This document shows, in pieces, positions 37,501 to 42,592 of a stretch of 42,592 bases of DNA. The stretch lies in NCBI GenBank assembly GCA_048213135.1, contig PS015064.1, forward strand, positions 206,427-249,018, in the 5' to 3' direction. Below the pieces are notes generated by a model. The model was not told the origin of the DNA, did not search any database, and saw only the letters and a list, made by a program, of their open reading frames with translations. This DNA comes from Reclinomonas americana ATCC 50394. Its lineage: Eukaryota. Each line of letters opens with the position of its first letter. The first letter of the stretch is position 1. Position numbers and translations under genes: made by a program.

Positions 37501-40500
37501 AGCACGACAACCACGCAGGTTTGCCTTCTTCTGTATACCGGCGTGTGTTCCTGGTGCATCGCCCACCCCTTCTTTGTTGACTTCCAAAGACGATCACCAG
37601 TAGCGCATTTGACAACAATGGAGCAGAAAGCAATGGCAATGGAGGCGAGTGTGTTTGTCCGTGAGCGTCTGTTAAAACAAGTTCCGGCAATGTTTGCTCA
37701 CTGCTCCTGTCTGTGCAGGATCAACTGCCAATGGTGGCAACGCTTCCAGCTCTGGTAATTCCAACGGAGGTGGAGCGCTGTGGATTACGTTTGCAACAAG
37801 CTCATCTCCCACACTGGTTCGGCATGCACTGTGTTTCCTTGGTCGTAACATGTCTCCTGATATGCGATGCGTAGCAAACAATTGTCGCCTGCACATTTAC
37901 CAGCAACAGAGCCAACGGCAACGCCAGTGCCGGTGAGTGGTCGAGACAATGACGAGAGACACTGCGCTTACTCATCGCACCACATGTCGTGCCAGGCACT
38001 ACTGTCTCTTCTGGCACGGCCTCAAGCTCCGGACATCACAACGGCGGCGGTGCGCTGTGGGCCTTTTTCCCCACCAGCAATGCTGCGCAGGTATGTCAAT
38101 GGAGAGGGATGAAAACCGCAGCAAGCGTCGCGTATTGTGCTGAGCGCTGTTTGCTTGTTTCGTCACAGATTCAGACGATAGATTCGTGCACATACACGAA
38201 CAACACAGCCAGTGGCAATGGAAGTGGAGGTCAATCGATTGTGCTGCGCCGTTGATCTTCCCTTTAATGTACTCATCCGTACAGCAGGAAGGGGAACAAG
38301 TGGAACTGCTGGGAGTTCAAGCAATACAAATGGCGGTGGTGCAATCTTTTTCCAATCTGCGTCCTCACAAGTGAAGGTATATGGGCGGCTGCGCGCTATC
38401 AACGAGGTAACAGTGACTTTATGACTTTAACTCTTTCTACTGTTACGCAGGCAAACTACACAGCCACTGTATTCTCATGGAATTCGGCATCAAATAATGG
38501 AGTTGGTGGAGGTACGCGAGATGGGGACCACGACCGATGCAATCGTGCTTGCTTACACTGTCCATATAGTTGTGTCGGACGGAACCGCCGATAGCACATC
38601 GTTTATCAACGGTGGAGGTGCGATCATTTTCACTGCAACTGGTGGTCAGGTATGACTGCTATCGGATGAGTACTTGCTGGCTCGCGAGTGCCCTCACTCG
38701 ATGACNNNNNNNNNNNNNNNNNNNNNNNNNNNNNNNNNNNNNNNNNNNNNNNNNNNNNNNNNNNNNNNNNNNNNNNNNNNNNNNNNNNNNNNNNNNNNNN
38801 NNNNNNNNNNNNNNNNNNNNNNNNNNNNNNNNNNNNNGTGATAGGCATTGGTGAGCAACTGCACGTTTTCCAACAACGCAGCCATCAGCAACGGCAGTGG
38901 GGGGAGTGGATCTCAGTCTGCACTGGCTGCTGGTTCCGTCAACGGAGGTGGCTCGACTCTCTGGCAGCTCAGTTCAACGAGTGCGGTACGAGTCCCTGAC
39001 AACTCTCTGTGTCTCTTGCTCTCTCTCTCTCTCTTTGTCGCGAGCTCATGGATACTGGCCGGCAGGTTACGCTCGACCAAGTGCGCTTCACACAGAATTC
39101 AGCGGCGAGCAACACCTCTGGCGGAACCAGTAGTAAGGGCCGAGTTGATTCTTCGGGATTCGCCACCGGCGGTGGCGCGTTGCTTGCGTACATGCAAGGC
39201 GGTCAGCTGCAAGTTTCGGCAGTGTCCATGGCAATGTTACCGCTGGCATTCTTCTTATCTTATCCTCCGTGTGCTCCTTTTTCGCCAGTTGTCACTGTGC
39301 ACGCTGTCGAGCAACACGGCCTCGAACAATGGTACTCGCACCCGGAAGCATTGACTCGCGTTAGCTCGCCCAAGGTGCTCACTGTGTGAGCATGTCGTTT
39401 CCCAGGTCAAGGAGGCAGCAATGCCGCTGTATCCGGGAGCAGTTCCACGACGTACGCAGGTGGCGGTGGTCTTCTCGCGTTTGCGGATTCGAGTACGACT
39501 GCGTCATCATTGGTAACACACACTATCTCTCTCTCCCTCCCTCCCTCTGCTCTCTTCCATTCTCATTCCATGTGCCACGCAGGTCGTTCGCAACTCCTCA
39601 TTTCTCAACAATACCTCCGCCTTCAACGGCTCCGGAGGCAGCTTCACCAAGATTGGAGCCTCGTTTGGCGGGTTTGCTGGCGGTGGCGCTGCATTGATTG
39701 TCGCTCCTGGCAACGTGACGCAGGTTAGGATATGCGCGTGCTTTGCGCATGCTTTGTTCGGTGACCGCTTACATGATACAGTGCGCTTTCTGCAGTCGTT
39801 TCCCATGACCAACAACACATTCACCCAAAACCTGTCCACAAACGACGGAATCGGTGGACTGAACAATACTCTCAACGGCCAGGGCAGTGCTCACAATGGC
39901 GGCGGGGCACTTCTTCTCATCAACTCAGTGGCGGTTGACCTGAGTACCTTTGTCAACAATAGGGTGCTGAATGCTGGCGCTGGCAACGCACTCTACTCGT
40001 CCGGCAGCCTCTGTGGTGGAGGTGCAGCGCTCCTCTTCAACAAGGCCACGATTGCGTCGTCCACATTCACTAGCAATACTGTTAACTCGTCGGCTGCGTT
40101 GATCATCGCTGGACGCTCCTGTGGCGGTGGTGGCGTATTGGTCGACGCGTCCAGTGTGCTTCGCGACAGCACTGTGTCCGCCAATGTTGCGCAGGGCCAG
40201 CTAGTTACTGGCGGTGGCGTGCTGCTGGGCACAAACTCAACACTCGTCAACTCTACTGTGTCGTACAACACAGCCGAGCTCGGCGGCGGTGGCCTGGCCG
40301 TGGTTGGGCAAGGTGGCTCCGTGACGAATTCGACAGTGTCGTCCAACCAGTCAGCGAGTGGCTACGGCGGAGGTGTACTACTGAATGAGGTGGCCACTGT
40401 GTTCACGTTGGCCAGCACTCGAGTGCTGACCAACACAGCACTGTACGGTGGAGGAGTGGCGGTGCGGGCGGATCAAACCACACTGTACTTGACTGCCGCG

Positions 40501-42592
40501 TCCTCAGTGTCTGACAATCGCGCCACTCGCAACGGTGGTGGCGTGTATCTGACTGCTGCCGCCAGCTTGATTGTATCCGATCAATCTACTGCGGTGCAGA
40601 CAAACAAGGCCGACGAGTTTGGTGGGGGCTTGTTTGCCGATTCGCAGTCGTCCTCCACTTGGCTTGGTGGGCGAGTCAGTCGAAACGTTGCTCTCTTCGG
40701 CAGTGGCCTGGCCGTATCCGGCAGCAGCCGTCACTCGCTGCTCACCGTCTCGGTTGACGGGAACAGTGCCGATGACGGCAGTGGGATGTATGCCAATGGA
40801 GCTGCAATAGTCAGCTTGGACTCGTGTGCTGTGTTGGGAAACTCGGCAGTGTTGGCCGGCGGCGGTATGTTTATCTCCGAACTGGCAAGCGTTACCAGCA
40901 CGAGCACCACCTTTACCGATAATCGCGCCAGTACTTCGGGTGGCCATGTGAACTCGGCAGGTCGTGGGAGCTGGGTGGACCGGTTGAGTAAGCTGGTGGG
41001 CGGACGAGCACAGAGCGCCGGTGGTGCGGTGTACCTCGCGGGAAACACACGCTCGCAGCTGGAGTCGACGCTGTTTCGCGACAATGCAGCCGAGGCTGGC
41101 ACGGGCGGTGCTGTGTCTGCGGCAGAGAACGCTAATCTCACGCTGAGTCGCACAACACTGGTCAGTAATCGTGCCGTGGCTGGTGGTGGCATTTACCTCG
41201 AGGACAGCTCCAACGCGTATGCCAGCGCCACCCTGATTGACTCAAACCATGCACTTGCTGCTGCTGGCGGAGGTCTGTTTGTGAGCGGCGCCGGCAATTT
41301 TTCGTGCATCCAATGTCGAATGGACGGCAACGTGGCCGATCGTGGTGATGGTGGCGGCGCCAGTGTCTCAAGTAGCTCGCGCGCCGAGTTCTTGCAGTCG
41401 TCCTTTGTCAACAACCGGTCGGGTAGCCGTGGCGGCGGTCTTGCCGTCAACGTTACTGATACGACAGGCAGCAGCGCTGCTCCGCCGTTCGCAGCGGGGG
41501 TGGCATTGAATCAAGTGGACTTCTCGGGAAATGTGGCGATCGCTTCGACAGTCGAATCGCCACGCCTGCTGGGTGAGGGCTCGGGTGGAGGTCTCTTCTG
41601 GAACGGTGGAGGCAATCCGGCTGCACTGGCACCGCTGCAACAATCATTTAGCATCTTCGGTGGGTGGCGTGAGTGGATGCAGGCGCATGGCGTTATCATG
41701 GTTGGCAATGTGGCCACGAACGGTAACGCCACTGATGTGGGAAGCAGTTGCGCTGCGAAGCTTGCATTGCACGAATTGTAAAATGCTGATTGTGTTCGTC
41801 GTGCGTCGCAGGTCTTTACACTGCTTTAGTGTCACTGGCATTGCGCAACAGTAGCGTCACATATCCTTCGCCGTACGAGCCCCGCACCGTGCTCGTGATG
41901 GCCACCGACGTGTTCCGTCAGTTCATCTCCACGCTTGATGGCACACTTTTCCGTGTACAGTGCCCTATTTGTAATTCGGTGAGTTGGTGTGGACAGGCGG
42001 CGATTTGGTAGAATTCTTCTTCGTTCATACATGTCCGCCGATTTTAACTGTGTATGGTTTGCGGATGCAGACGAGAGACATTTCACAAGCCACTCTCAGC
42101 GGCATTGCGACATTCAATTTGTACGTCTCGAGCCGTGGTGGGCAAACCGACACGACAACAACGGTTCGATCTGCCGGCGACGACAGCGACTTGAACATCT
42201 CCGTGTCCATCAACGGCGTGAGCGTTCTGGCGGACGACACTCCACAACTGTCAATTGTCAACGATGCCTGTCCTGCCGGGCAGCAATACACTTCGATTGG
42301 ATGCGAGTCGTGCCCGGCAAAAGAGTACGCGCTTCCCGCGTTTGGCCAAGTGTGCCGCAGCTGCCCCACCGATGTAGTATGCAATGGCGGAGCTTCGCTG
42401 TCTTTGAGCACTCAGCTGTGGACGTTCCCGGTGACTGCAGACTGGCATGTGACCTCGGTGCTCCCGATGGGCAACGAGGGGACTTTGGTTGAGCCACCGG
42501 CAAGTGGTGAAATCGTTGCGTACACGTGTCCGTACGACTACTGCGAGCGCAAGGATTCAGTACCCATCCAATACGGGGTGAACTACTGCAAG
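31575..42592 (+). CDS. Giant Pmp/adhesin-like right-handed beta-helix surface protein with a Cys-rich region; continues past the right edge
   Basis: Signal-like MWRDPRLVRARFCVLALLLVACGACAVS; many GGA(L/V/I) and FxxNxA repeats; C-terminal CPAGQQYTSIGCESCPAKEY..CRSCPTDVVCNGG..CPYDYC. Confidence 0.85.
34656..35778 (-). CDS. Eight exons (4 repeat modules) of the Pmp-like type in inverted orientation
   Basis: For example TQVATNCTFTSNLANKNGSG / GSTTTGVYGSSSGSYNGGGAMWTRFSSSSNSQ, with GT-AG introns on the minus strand. The segment is bounded by gaps 34125-34654 and 35798-36088. Confidence 0.85.

Overview
Intron-rich eukaryotic scaffold from a gapped assembly (TACG noise and 20-N gaps suggest 454 data). 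The organism is probably an aerobic flagellated protist; the species was not determined. Gene models were built by hand from splice sites and protein motifs. In order: (1) the 5' end of a flavoprotein gene running off the left edge (-); (2) a two-EF-hand protein (-); (3) peroxisomal dienoyl-CoA isomerase ECH1 (+); (4) a PPIL6-like cyclophilin (-); (5) an intronless, secreted, bacterial-looking multicopper oxidase (+); (6) a 10-kb TmcB/C-like multi-TM, 3xPAS, class III cyclase gene lacking both metal-binding Asp residues (-); (7) an Osm1/Frd1-type fumarate reductase with a signal sequence (+); (8) an NDUFAF2 gene whose 5' and 3' exons lie on opposite strands around an inverted repeat; (9) a giant Pmp-like beta-helix surface protein (+) built from repeated two-exon modules, four of them on the opposite strand. 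Also present are a frequent GTTGCG splice donor, a dispersed element with GATATCGATAT about 180-210 bp upstream of three start codons, and intronic minisatellites. Both strand inversions adjoin assembly gaps and may be artefacts.
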